This document shows, one piece after another, positions 46,210 to 55,781 of a stretch of DNA of 64,000 nt (position 1 is its first letter; every line of letters starts with the position of its first letter). The notes under the pieces are model-generated. The model was not told the DNA's origin and did not search any database. It saw only the letters and a list, made by a program, of their open reading frames with translations. This DNA comes from Actinomycetales bacterium (GTDB lineage Bacteria > Actinomycetota > Actinomycetes > Actinomycetales > CAVURS01), in contig JBJMHS010000008.1 in the NCBI GenBank assembly GCA_045807245.1, positions 62,001 through 126,000 of the forward strand. Direction: 5' to 3'. A program made the position numbers and the translations under genes.

Positions 46210-48432
46210 ATGCGACATCGTGCTGCCACCACCATGCCGAGTCGCTCGAGAGGACCGCTCGCGGCTGTCGCGGCGCTGTTGCTCGCCGGCGTGGGGCTCC
46301 TGGTCGCGGCCGCACCGGCCCACGCCCTGATCCCGACCTCGGTGGACAAGAACCTCTGGGGCGTCAACGGGCGGGTGCGGGCGATCGTGCAGACGCCCGA
46401 CGCCATCTACATCGGCGGCAAGTTCACCGCGCTCGTGGGCCCCAACGGCGCCACGTTGCCCAGGCTCGACCTCGCCGCGCTCGACCCCACCACCGGGCAG
46501 CCCCTCGACTGGGCCCCGCCGGTCAACAACATCGTCTGGGGGCTGGCGGTCTCGCCGGACGGCTCGACGGTCTACGCGGGCGGCCAGTTCACCAAGGTGG
46601 GCATCACGGGCCGGGCCCACGTCGCTGCGTTCGACGCCGCCACGGGCGCGTTGCAGTCGTTCAACCCCAAGGTCGACGGCACGGTCGAGGCCATCCTCCC
46701 GACGGCCACGACCGTGTATCTCGGCGGCACGTTCACCACGGTCGGCACGACCGCGCGGACCGACCTGGCCGCAGTCACGACCGCAGGTCTCGTCGTACCC
46801 GGGTTCGTCTCGAACGCCAACAACACCGTGCACGCGCTCGCGATGACGCCCGGCGGGTCCAAGCTCGTCGTCGGCGGCCTCTTCGACACGCTCAACGGCG
46901 TCACCGGGTCCAAGCGGCTCGACCTGGTCGACCCCGCGACGGGAGCTGTGACGGTGTTCGTCGAGAAGGTCGCGTACGAGGTCTTCGGCGTCACGGCGAC
47001 CCCCTCGCAGGTCTTCGCGGCCGCGGCCGGCGGTGGCGGGCACACGTACGCCTACAGCGTGTCGACACTGCACCAGCAGTGGCTGGCCATCAGCGACGGC
47101 GACTCCCACCAGGTCGCCGTCCAGAACGGCGTCCTGTACGTCGGCGGGCACTTCACCGTCTTCTCCGGCCAGCCCGCGAGCCACCTGACCGCGATCTCGC
47201 CGACCACCGGGCAGCAGGTGGGGTTCCTGATCAAGGTCAACAGCAACCTGGGCATCTTCGCGATGAGCTCGTTCCAGGGGCACCTTGCCATCGGCGGGGA
47301 CTTCACCAAGATCAACCGGCTCAACGAGCAGCACGTCGCGCGCTTCTCCGAGAACGTCGACCTCTCGGCCCCGACCCAGCCGGGCCGTCCGGCCGGTACG
47401 GCGACCAGCTCCACGACTGCGACGGTCACCTGGGACGCGTCGACCGACGACCAGGTGCGCGACGTCGTCTACAACGTCTACCGCGACGGCGGTTCGACGC
47501 CGGTCGGGCAGGTGACGAGCTCGTCGACCACCACGGTGTCGTTCAACGACAGCGGGATGAGTCCCGGGTCGACCCACACCTGGACGGTTCAGGCCTCGGA
47601 CGGCTCCAACCCCAGCCCGATGAGTGACGTCAGCGACCCCGTCACGCTGACCAACCTCGGCTATCCCGCCCTGGAGGGCGTGTCGATGTCCGACCGCGAC
47701 AGCGACGGCCGGGTCGACCAGGTGGTGCTGACGTTCAGCGAGAACGTGTCCTGCCACGATCCGTGCCTGTCGCCGTGGACCCTGTCCAACGTGCCGTCAG
47801 GTGGCACGCTGCAGTCGGTGTCGGCCTCGGCCGGCACGGTGACGCTGGGCCTGCTGGAGGGTGCGGGCGCGCCGGACACGTCGGCCGGCTCGTTCACCGT
47901 GGCGCTGGCCAACGACCCGGTGAACGGCGTGGTCGGCGGCGGTGGGGCGGCGGCTCGGTTCGCCGCGACCGCGCCCGCCGACGCGGCGCCCCCCGTGCCG
48001 GTCGGACTGAGCAGTACGCCGGGCGCACAGCCGGGCGTGATGGAGCCGGGCGACACGTTCACGGTCTCGTTCAGTGAGCCGATCGCCCCGGGCTCGGTGC
48101 ACGCGGCCAACGTGAAGGAGCTCGACCAGAACGGTGCCGGCAACGACGAGGTCATCGTCGTCGGCCTGAGCGACGGCGCGATCAACCTGGGCTCCAACGA
48201 CTATGTGACCCAGCCCGGCGGCACGGTCGTCTTTGCCACGTCGACGCTGACCATGGCCAACGGCAACGTCTCGATCGTGTCCACCATCTCGGGTCTGTGT
48301 ACGGGAACGGCGTGCGGCATGACCGGCACGCCGGTCGCGTCGCCGATCGGCTTCCGCCCCGAGCCGGCCCTCACCGACGCCAGCGGCAACCATGCCACCG
48401 GCTCGTACACCGCGACGCTGCTGGCCTACTGA
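46210..48432 (+). CDS. Secreted beta-propeller, FN3 and Ig-like domain protein (paralog 1)
   Basis: Signal peptide ..PAHA; seven blades with YxGGxFT-like motifs; APTQP..TWDASTDD..YNVYRDG (FN3); DRDSDGRVD; FSEPI. Confidence 0.82.
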   Translation: MRHRAATTMPSRSRGPLAAVAALLLAGVGLLVAAAPAHALIPTSVDKNLWGVNGRVRAIVQTPDAIYIGGKFTALVGPNGATLPRLDLAALDPTTGQPLDWAPPVNNIVWGLAVSPDGSTVYAGGQFTKVGITGRAHVAAFDAATGALQSFNPKVDGTVEAILPTATTVYLGGTFTTVGTTARTDLAAVTTAGLVVPGFVSNANNTVHALAMTPGGSKLVVGGLFDTLNGVTGSKRLDLVDPATGAVTVFVEKVAYEVFGVTATPSQVFAAAAGGGGHTYAYSVSTLHQQWLAISDGDSHQVAVQNGVLYVGGHFTVFSGQPASHLTAISPTTGQQVGFLIKVNSNLGIFAMSSFQGHLAIGGDFTKINRLNEQHVARFSENVDLSAPTQPGRPAGTATSSTTATVTWDASTDDQVRDVVYNVYRDGGSTPVGQVTSSSTTTVSFNDSGMSPGSTHTWTVQASDGSNPSPMSDVSDPVTLTNLGYPALEGVSMSDRDSDGRVDQVVLTFSENVSCHDPCLSPWTLSNVPSGGTLQSVSASAGTVTLGLLEGAGAPDTSAGSFTVALANDPVNGVVGGGGAAARFAATAPADAAPPVPVGLSSTPGAQPGVMEPGDTFTVSFSEPIAPGSVHAANVKELDQNGAGNDEVIVVGLSDGAINLGSNDYVTQPGGTVVFATSTLTMANGNVSIVSTISGLCTGTACGMTGTPVASPIGFRPEPALTDASGNHATGSYTATLLAY

Positions 48433-48493
48433 CGAGGTGAACGCCTACCCACTCACCGTAGGTAGTCGCGCATGACGTTTCTCGTGATACGGC

Positions 48494-48506
48494 TGACGCA
48501 GAGTGA
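48494..48506. promoter_or_regulatory. BldD-like box
   Basis: TGAC-GCAGA-GTGA matches TNAC-NCWGN-GTNA, in the intergenic region upstream of 48615. Confidence 0.5.
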
Positions 48507-48614
48507 ACAGGTTGGAACGATTCTCGCGTACGGAGGTCATCGTGCGCAGGCGCCCGCCGCTGCCTGCGGACTCACGGACGCGTCGGCGGCGCCTGAGCAC
48601 GTAGGAGCACGTTG

Positions 48615-50831
48615 ATGGGTCTGTCCGCTGTACGTCGTCCGCTCCGGCGCCGCCGGCTCATCGGCACCGCCGTCGCCACCTTCGTGGCCGCAGCCAGCGT
48701 CCTGGTGGCCATCGCCCCCGCCCAGGCCCTGGCGCCGACCACCCCCGACGCCAACACCTGGGGGCCGAACGGCCGGGTCCGCGCGATCCTCGAGACGCCG
48801 AACGCGATCTACATCGGCGGCACGTTCACCCAGCTCGTCGGGCCCCAGGGCCAGACGGTGGCCCGCACCAACATCGCGGCGCTCGACCCGGCTACCGGCG
48901 CACCGCTGCCGTTCGCGCCGGCGGTCAACAACCTGGTCTACGACATCGCCCTGTCGCCGGACGGCAACACCCTCTACATCGGCGGCACCTTCAAGAAGGT
49001 CGGCAACGTGAGCCGCAACCACGTCGCCGCGATGAACCCGACGTCCGGCGCGCTGACGTCGTACAACCCGAACGCCGACCTGGCCGTCGAAGCCATCGTC
49101 GCGACGTCGAGCCGGGTCTACCTCGGTGGTGACTTCACCACCATCGGCGGCGCCTCCCACCCGATGATCGCCGCCACCGACCTGGCGGGAAACCTGCAGA
49201 CCGGGTTCGCGGTCACCGGAGACAACTTCGTACACGACATGAAGCTCACCCCGGACGGCAGCCAGCTGGTCGTCGGTGGCTTGTTCGACGCCCTCAACGG
49301 CAACACCGCGACCCGGCGGCTGGCCCTGGTCAACCCGACCACGGGTGCAGTCACGCCGTTCATCGACCGGGTGCCGTACGAGATCTTCGGCGTCGAAACC
49401 AGCTCGACCCAGGTCTTCGGCGCTGGTGCCGGCGGCGGCGGTCACACCTTCGCCTACAGCCTGACAACGCGTCGCCAGCAATGGCTTGCTCTGAGCAACG
49501 GCGACGCCCACACGGTCACGCTGCAGAACGGCGTCCTGTACGTCGGTGGCCACTTCACGGCCTTCGGTGGCGTGACGACCAGCCACATCGCCGCCCTGTC
49601 ACCCACCAACGGCGCGCTGCTGAACTGGCCGATCAAGGTCAACAGCAACCTCGGCATCTTCATCACCTCGTCGTTCAACGGTCACCTGTCGGGCGGTGGC
49701 GACTTCACCAAGATCAACAACAAAGCGAAGAGCCACTACGTGCGCTGGTCCGAGGTCGTCGACGTGACACCGCCGACCAAGCCCGGTACGCCGACGGCGA
49801 CCTCGACCGGTACGTCGACCGCTCACCTCGTCTGGGGTGCCTCGACGGACAACCAGGTCACGAACATCGTCTACAACGTCTTCCGCGACGGCGGGGTCAA
49901 CCCGGTCGGTCAGGTCACGAGTGCCTCGACCACCACGGTGAGCTTCGACGACAGCGGCATGCAGCCCGGGTCGACGCACTTCTGGACGGTGCAGGCGACC
50001 GATGGCAACAACAACAGCCCCATGAGCAACCAGAGCAATACGGTTACGCTCGACGACCCGGGCTTCCCGGTGCTCAGCAGCATGTCGATGCTCGACAACA
50101 ACACGAACGGCAAGGTGGACCAGGTCGAGCTGACCTTCGACCGTCCGGTGAGCTGCACCGGCGCCTGCACCTCGGTGTGGACGCTGGCCAACGTGCCGTC
50201 CAACGGTCACCTCGGCACCGTCTCGGTGTCCGGCCAGACCGTCGACCTGAACATCGCTGAGGGTGCGCAGGCCGCGGACACGGCCGTCGGCGCCTTCACG
50301 GTCGCGCTGGCCAGCAGTGGCAGCGGTGTCGTGGACTCGGGTGGTCACCCGGCCCACTTCGCCGCGACGGCGCCCGCTGACGGGGCGGCTCCGGTCCCGA
50401 CCGACATCACGAGCACCGCGGGTGCGCAGGACAACGTGATGGAGTCGGGTGACACGTTCACCGCGACGTTCAGCGAGCCGATCGACCCGTCGAGCGTGCA
50501 CGCGGCCAACGTCAAGGAGAGCGACCCGACCGGGCCGGGCAACGACACGTTGATCATCGTCGGCCTGACGGACAGCTCGCTGGACCTGGGCTCGGACAAC
50601 TACGTCACGACCGACGGCGGCACGATCGTGTTCGCCGACGCGACGCTGACGATGCTGAGCGGCAACACCAAGATCCGGTCGACTATCGTGGGTTCGTGCT
50701 CCGGCACGGCGTGCGGGGCGACTGGGCCGGGTGCCAACGCACTGATCACGTTCCGACCGGAGCCGGTGTTGACCGACTTCGCCGGCAACCACGCCACCGG
50801 GTCCCGCACCGAGACGGAAGGACCGTACTGA
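48615..50831 (+). CDS. Secreted beta-propeller, FN3 and Ig-like domain protein (paralog 2)
   Basis: Colinear with 46210..48432 (NGRVRAI, QNGVLYVGGHFT, IKVNSNLGIF, HAANVKE, FRPEP.LTD); AGGAG RBS. Confidence 0.85.
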   Translation: MGLSAVRRPLRRRRLIGTAVATFVAAASVLVAIAPAQALAPTTPDANTWGPNGRVRAILETPNAIYIGGTFTQLVGPQGQTVARTNIAALDPATGAPLPFAPAVNNLVYDIALSPDGNTLYIGGTFKKVGNVSRNHVAAMNPTSGALTSYNPNADLAVEAIVATSSRVYLGGDFTTIGGASHPMIAATDLAGNLQTGFAVTGDNFVHDMKLTPDGSQLVVGGLFDALNGNTATRRLALVNPTTGAVTPFIDRVPYEIFGVETSSTQVFGAGAGGGGHTFAYSLTTRRQQWLALSNGDAHTVTLQNGVLYVGGHFTAFGGVTTSHIAALSPTNGALLNWPIKVNSNLGIFITSSFNGHLSGGGDFTKINNKAKSHYVRWSEVVDVTPPTKPGTPTATSTGTSTAHLVWGASTDNQVTNIVYNVFRDGGVNPVGQVTSASTTTVSFDDSGMQPGSTHFWTVQATDGNNNSPMSNQSNTVTLDDPGFPVLSSMSMLDNNTNGKVDQVELTFDRPVSCTGACTSVWTLANVPSNGHLGTVSVSGQTVDLNIAEGAQAADTAVGAFTVALASSGSGVVDSGGHPAHFAATAPADGAAPVPTDITSTAGAQDNVMESGDTFTATFSEPIDPSSVHAANVKESDPTGPGNDTLIIVGLTDSSLDLGSDNYVTTDGGTIVFADATLTMLSGNTKIRSTIVGSCSGTACGATGPGANALITFRPEPVLTDFAGNHATGSRTETEGPY

Positions 50832-50833
50832 CG

Positions 50834-52042
50834 ATGACCGACGCCTCGCCCCGGCCGAACCAGCGGCACCTGTCCAGGAGAGAGTTCGCCGGACTGGTCG
50901 GGGCGGGGGCGGGTGTCGTCCTCCTGCCGGTCCTCCCCGCGAGCGCGGCATCGCGCAAGCGGGCAGCCAGGCTCGACGCCACCACGGGCAGTGCCTGGAC
51001 GTCCGGTGGCAACCCGAACGGCCAGCTCGGCGACGGCACGACGACCGGGCGCACGACCTTCGGGGTCGTTCCCGGCCACGGCGACTTCGCGCAGACGGCC
51101 GGTGGACGAGAGCACGTCCTGGCACTCGACTCCGCCGGCGGGGTGTGGGCCTGGGGCGACAACGCCCGCGGTCAGGTCGGCAACGGCACCAAGGTGGACG
51201 CGAAGTCGCCGACCAAGGTGACGACGATTGCGCTCGCTACCGCCGTCGCGACCGGCCACTACCACTCCATGGCGCTCCTGCCGGACAGTACGGTCGAGTG
51301 CTGGGGCCTGAACGCCAACGGCCAGCTCGGCGACGGGTCGAAGACCCTGCGCACGCGCCCCGTGGCCGTCGCCGGACTGAGCGGCGTGCAGGCTATCCGC
51401 GGCGGCCGGGACATGTCGATGGCGCTCGACGGGGCCGGCGCGGTCTGGGTCTGGGGGCTCGGCACGAGCGGCCAGCTGGGCGACGGCACCACCAACAGCT
51501 CGACGACCCCCGTCAAGGTGCCGAGCCTGAGCTCCGGGGTCGCCAAGATCGCCGCGGGCCGCGACCACCTGGCCGCCGTCAAGGACGACGGCTCGCTGTG
51601 GATGTGGGGCAACAACACCGTGGGCGAGGTGGGCGACGGCACGACCGTGATGCGGACGGCTCCGGTCCACATCAGCCTGCCCGCCGACGTCGTACAGGTC
51701 GAGCTCGGGGCCGAGCACAGCGTCGCCCTGCTGGCCGACGGCACCGTCTACTGCTGGGGCAAGGGCACCCGCGGCGCGCTCGGAACCGGTGGTACGGCGC
51801 GCAAGCTGGTGCCGACCAAAGTGGCCGGCGCGCTACCCGCGATCGGCCGGATCGGAGCCGGCCGGGACCACACGCTGGCCGCCTCCACCACGGGAGCGCT
51901 GTGGGTCTGGGGTTTCAACGATGCGGGTCAGCTCGGTGACGGCTCCACGACGAACCGGCTGTCGCCCAAACAGGTCTCAGTGTCCGGTACACCCCTTCAC
52001 CTCGGTGGTGGAAGGAACTACTCGGTCATCCTTTTGGGCTAA
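50834..52042 (+). CDS. Tat-exported RCC1-repeat (BLIP-II-like) beta-propeller protein
   Basis: SRREFAG twin-arginine signal ending ASA; seven repeats G..H..AL..DG.VW.WG.N..GQLGDG. Confidence 0.88.
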   Translation: MTDASPRPNQRHLSRREFAGLVGAGAGVVLLPVLPASAASRKRAARLDATTGSAWTSGGNPNGQLGDGTTTGRTTFGVVPGHGDFAQTAGGREHVLALDSAGGVWAWGDNARGQVGNGTKVDAKSPTKVTTIALATAVATGHYHSMALLPDSTVECWGLNANGQLGDGSKTLRTRPVAVAGLSGVQAIRGGRDMSMALDGAGAVWVWGLGTSGQLGDGTTNSSTTPVKVPSLSSGVAKIAAGRDHLAAVKDDGSLWMWGNNTVGEVGDGTTVMRTAPVHISLPADVVQVELGAEHSVALLADGTVYCWGKGTRGALGTGGTARKLVPTKVAGALPAIGRIGAGRDHTLAASTTGALWVWGFNDAGQLGDGSTTNRLSPKQVSVSGTPLHLGGGRNYSVILLG

Positions 52043-52285
52043 CCCTTTGTGACCACGTCTCAGGATGTGGACGCTTTTTTCACCCTCAGTAGGTCAAAAA
52101 CAACGTCTCGTCATGCCATTTGGCAAACGGACTAGTTATCTGCCACGGTCGGGGCTCACGTCACCGATGCAACCTGCCGATGAAGGCTGCAACAACAGCG
52201 GAACGACGACCGCGACAGGGTCCGACGCCAGAGTTTGGGCCCACCTACCGCTCGCGGGTGTCGTCGCCACGAGGAGACATCGACG

Positions 52286-54103
52286 ATGCAGCACCGCCTT
52301 GCCGGTATCCACCGCGCAACACCCTCGCCCACCGACCCGACTACCGACGCAGTATCCGAAGAAGCAACCGAAGTATCTGCCGCGACGTCCGACCCGGCCA
52401 GCGCGAAGGCCCGCCACCGGGTCGAGCAGACGATCGTTCCGGCCGGACCGCCGGCGGTCGCCGTACGCACCTTGCGGGTCAACCCGCTGCTCGCGGCTGG
52501 TGTCACCATCGTCCTGCTGGGCGCGCTGGCCCCGGCCGGCTTCGCCGGTCTGCGTGGCACGAGTGCCACCCAGGCCGAGACGAAGACGGTGACGTTCAAG
52601 GCCACCGCGGATACCTATCTGGTGCAACAGTTCCCGAAGCAGACCGTTGGAACGGCGACCAAGCTGGTCCTCACGTCCGCCGCTGGGGCCAACAAGATCG
52701 CACTGGTCCGCTTCGGCATCAGCGGCATCCCGGCCAACGCCACCGGTGTCACGGCGCGGCTGCTGCTCACCCGTGACGGCCACCACTTCCCGGCCAGCAC
52801 GCTGTCCGTGAGCAAGGCGTCGGCCACCTGGGCCGAGTCGGTCAGCTGGCAGAACCGTCCGGCGATCGGTGTCAAGATCGCGGGCACGCAGCTGAGCTCG
52901 TCGATGTTGAGCGTCAGCGTGAACCTGGGCAGCAACGTGCCGGCCAGCGGTGCGGTCGCCTTCGCGATCAGTGACTCCGCCACCAAGGACGTCGCGCGCG
53001 TCCTGTCCCGCGAGGCTGGTGCATCCGGACCGCGCCTCCAGGTGACCTACACGGTGCCGGCCACGGACCCCAGCCCGTCGCCCACGTCGACCAGCTCGTC
53101 GTCGTCGTCCAGCACCTCGTCGAGCAGCACGTCGAGCTCGAGCTCGAGCTCGTCGTCGACCTCGGCGTCGTCGGGTCAGTGCTCGCTGAACGCCAAGCTG
53201 GTGCCGTCGTGCGGTGAGCTCTGGGGTGTGGCGCCCGGCGCGTTCACGGACCAGAAGCGCACCGACGCTCTGCTCGACTTCGAGCGGACGGTCGGCAAGA
53301 CGATGGACATCTTCCACGCGTACCACAAGAACGACGACCAGTTCCCGACCGCGGACGAGAAGGCCATCGCAACGGACCCGGCGCACCCGCGTCTCCTGCT
53401 GGAGAACTGGAAGCCGTCGACGTCCGCCAACTGGGCGCAGATCGCGAACGGCGCGGCCGACGGCAACATCGACCGGCTGGCGACGTACATCAAGGCGACC
53501 TTCCACCAGCCGTTCTTCCTCACCGTGTGGCACGAGCCGGAGAACGACGTGAACCCGACCGCGGGTTCGGGTATGACGGCGAAGGACTTCCACGACATGT
53601 TCCGCCACACGGTGCTCCGGCTCCGCGCTGACGGCGTCACGAACGCGGTGACGGTCGCGAACTTCCAGAGCTACCCGGCGTACTCGGCGACCGACTGGTG
53701 GGCGGACCTCTACCCCGGCGACGACGTCGTCGACTGGGTGGCCGAGGACTCCTACAACCAGGGGTACACCGACGGCGGCAAGATGTCCGGCGACTTCGCG
53801 GCAACGGTCAACAAGCCGAAGGACGCGTGGAACGGCTTCTACAACTGGGCGCACATCAACCACCCGGACAAGCCGGTCATGCTGGCCGAGTGGGGCGTGT
53901 TCTACCGCAGCGACTCACCTGGGCGGCAGGCGTGGTTCTTCGACGACGTGAAGGCGCACCTCGCCGACTTCCCGCAGCTGAAGGCGATGGTGTACTTCGA
54001 CTCGCCGCAGGCACCCAAGGGCTCCACGAACTTCGAGCAGTACCCGGATGCCCTGTCTGCCTTCAAGAGCCTCATCAACGCGACGAAGCCGATCAACTTC
54101 TGA
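52286..54103 (+). CDS. Exported protein: DNRLRE/CBM96-like module, poly-Ser linker, GH26-like catalytic domain
   Basis: ATADTY..P....G..L, LVRF, W.E..SW.NRP, SRE..P.L.V; Ser-rich linker; WHEPE (acid/base), YPGDDVVDW, KPVMLAEWG (nucleophile); GAGGAG RBS. Confidence 0.82.
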   Translation: MQHRLAGIHRATPSPTDPTTDAVSEEATEVSAATSDPASAKARHRVEQTIVPAGPPAVAVRTLRVNPLLAAGVTIVLLGALAPAGFAGLRGTSATQAETKTVTFKATADTYLVQQFPKQTVGTATKLVLTSAAGANKIALVRFGISGIPANATGVTARLLLTRDGHHFPASTLSVSKASATWAESVSWQNRPAIGVKIAGTQLSSSMLSVSVNLGSNVPASGAVAFAISDSATKDVARVLSREAGASGPRLQVTYTVPATDPSPSPTSTSSSSSSSTSSSSTSSSSSSSSSTSASSGQCSLNAKLVPSCGELWGVAPGAFTDQKRTDALLDFERTVGKTMDIFHAYHKNDDQFPTADEKAIATDPAHPRLLLENWKPSTSANWAQIANGAADGNIDRLATYIKATFHQPFFLTVWHEPENDVNPTAGSGMTAKDFHDMFRHTVLRLRADGVTNAVTVANFQSYPAYSATDWWADLYPGDDVVDWVAEDSYNQGYTDGGKMSGDFAATVNKPKDAWNGFYNWAHINHPDKPVMLAEWGVFYRSDSPGRQAWFFDDVKAHLADFPQLKAMVYFDSPQAPKGSTNFEQYPDALSAFKSLINATKPINF

Positions 54104-54120
54104 CGGCTGGCACGACACAA

Positions 54121-54148
54121 GAGGGCCGGTCCTTCGGGGCCGGCCCTC
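54121..54148 (+). terminator. Intrinsic terminator-like hairpin
   Basis: GAGGGCCGGTCC-TTCG-GGGCCGGCCCTC shortly after the 54103 stop; no U-tract. Confidence 0.75.
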
Positions 54149-54308
54149 GCCGTCTGTGCGATCCGTAGTCGGCCGAACACATCGCGTAGCGGGCTTCTAT
54201 GAATACCTCGGTTTGCCTGAGCCGCAACGGATTTAGCCGTTACCTTGCGTGCACAAGGTGGTCGTTTGGAGGGTGGACCGCTGGCGTCCTAGCTGAGGGG
54301 TGCGGTAG

Positions 54309-55622
54309 ATGAAGCTTCACCGGCGTTTGCTGACTGTGAGTGCGCTGGCGCTCGCCACGGTCGGCTTGGTCGTAGGGAACGTAGCGGCGGCACCACTCGG
54401 ACCGGTGAGCACCACACCGGCTACCGGCACGCCGCAGCTGGACAGCTCGAACACCGGGCAGTACATCAGGCAGCTGGTGCCCTGCGGCTCGACCATGTAT
54501 GCGGTCGGCACGATCACGAAGATCAACCAGAAGGGCACGGTCTCCACCCGGACCGGTGCGTTCAGCTTCAGCGCGGCGGCGCCGTTCACCCTGACCTCGT
54601 GGGCTCCGGACATCAACGGCAAGGTGAACTCGATCGGCTTCGTCAACGGGGACTGCTCCTCGGCGTACATCGGTGGCACGTTCACCAGCGTGAACGGCAC
54701 CGCGGTCAAGAACCTGGCCAAGATCAGCACCTCGACCGGCAACGTCGATCCGACCTTCAAGCACACCGCCGGTGGCCAGGTGGCCAACATCCTCGGCTGG
54801 AACGGTCACCTGTTCGTCGGCGGCTGGTTCGCGAAGGTCAACGGCAACACCAACCGCTACTTCGCGAGCCTGAACCCGACGACCGGGAACGACGACGGGT
54901 ACATCTCGCTGAACATCTCCGGGAGCTACTCCTTCCCCGGCGTCCGGACCAACCCGACCCGCGTCTACAACATGCAGCTCAGCCACTCCGGCAACAAGCT
55001 CCTCGTCGAGGGTGACTTCACCTCGGTGGGCGGCCAGTCGCGCCAGCAGATCTTCATGCTGGACCTCGGTGCGAGCTCGGCGACGCTGAACTCCTGGAAC
55101 TCCAACGAGTTCTACGTGAACTGTCATTACAGCGAGGCATTCTTCCTGCAGGACGCGGCCTGGTCGGTGGACGACCAGACGGTGTTCGTCGCAACGACCG
55201 GCTACAAGCCGGCCGGGTCCTCGACCTCGATCCCACGCAGCGGGCTGTGCGACGCGGCTGCGGCCTTCCCGGCGACCGGCAGCAACGTGAGCCACACCTG
55301 GATCAACTACCCGGGCTGCGACTCGCTGTACTCCGTCGCCGCTGACGCCACGACCGTGTACGTCGGTGGGCACGAGCGGTGGGCCAACAACTCGTTCGGC
55401 TGTGACTTCAAGGGCCCGGGTGCGATCGACGCCCCCGGCATGGTCGGGCTCTCGACGTCCACCGGAGCCGTCACCTGGAACCCGGGCCGCGGCCGCGGCA
55501 AGGGCGCCGACGACATGGTGATCACCGACGCCGGTCTGTGGATCGGCAGCGACAACAGCAACAACACCAACATGTGTGCCGGCAAGTTCAACCTGGCCGG
55601 CGTGTGCTTCCTCCCCTACTGA
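54309..55622 (+). CDS. Secreted stand-alone beta-propeller protein
   Basis: Signal peptide; YIGGTFT and FVGGWF blades; shares DSL.SVA..VY.GGH.RW.NN, WNPGR and GL..GSD with the N-terminal domain of 41398..45114. Confidence 0.8.
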   Translation: MKLHRRLLTVSALALATVGLVVGNVAAAPLGPVSTTPATGTPQLDSSNTGQYIRQLVPCGSTMYAVGTITKINQKGTVSTRTGAFSFSAAAPFTLTSWAPDINGKVNSIGFVNGDCSSAYIGGTFTSVNGTAVKNLAKISTSTGNVDPTFKHTAGGQVANILGWNGHLFVGGWFAKVNGNTNRYFASLNPTTGNDDGYISLNISGSYSFPGVRTNPTRVYNMQLSHSGNKLLVEGDFTSVGGQSRQQIFMLDLGASSATLNSWNSNEFYVNCHYSEAFFLQDAAWSVDDQTVFVATTGYKPAGSSTSIPRSGLCDAAAAFPATGSNVSHTWINYPGCDSLYSVAADATTVYVGGHERWANNSFGCDFKGPGAIDAPGMVGLSTSTGAVTWNPGRGRGKGADDMVITDAGLWIGSDNSNNTNMCAGKFNLAGVCFLPY

Positions 55623-55662
55623 TCGGCAGCTGCTCGGGCGTCTGATCGACGGCTGACCCTCG

Positions 55663-55711
55663 AACGCCCGGGCCGGGCCACCCTGCAACCAGGTGGCCCG
55701 GCCCGGGCGTT
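55663..55711. terminator. 20-bp perfect hairpin between convergent genes (probable bidirectional terminator)
   Basis: AACGCCCGGGCCGGGCCACC-9 nt-GGTGGCCCGGCCCGGGCGTT. Confidence 0.8.
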
Positions 55712-55781
55712 TCGACGTGCTCCCCACCCCGCGCGGTGCTCCCCACGGCCCGGTGATCCAGGCCTTCGGACCCGCCGATCA

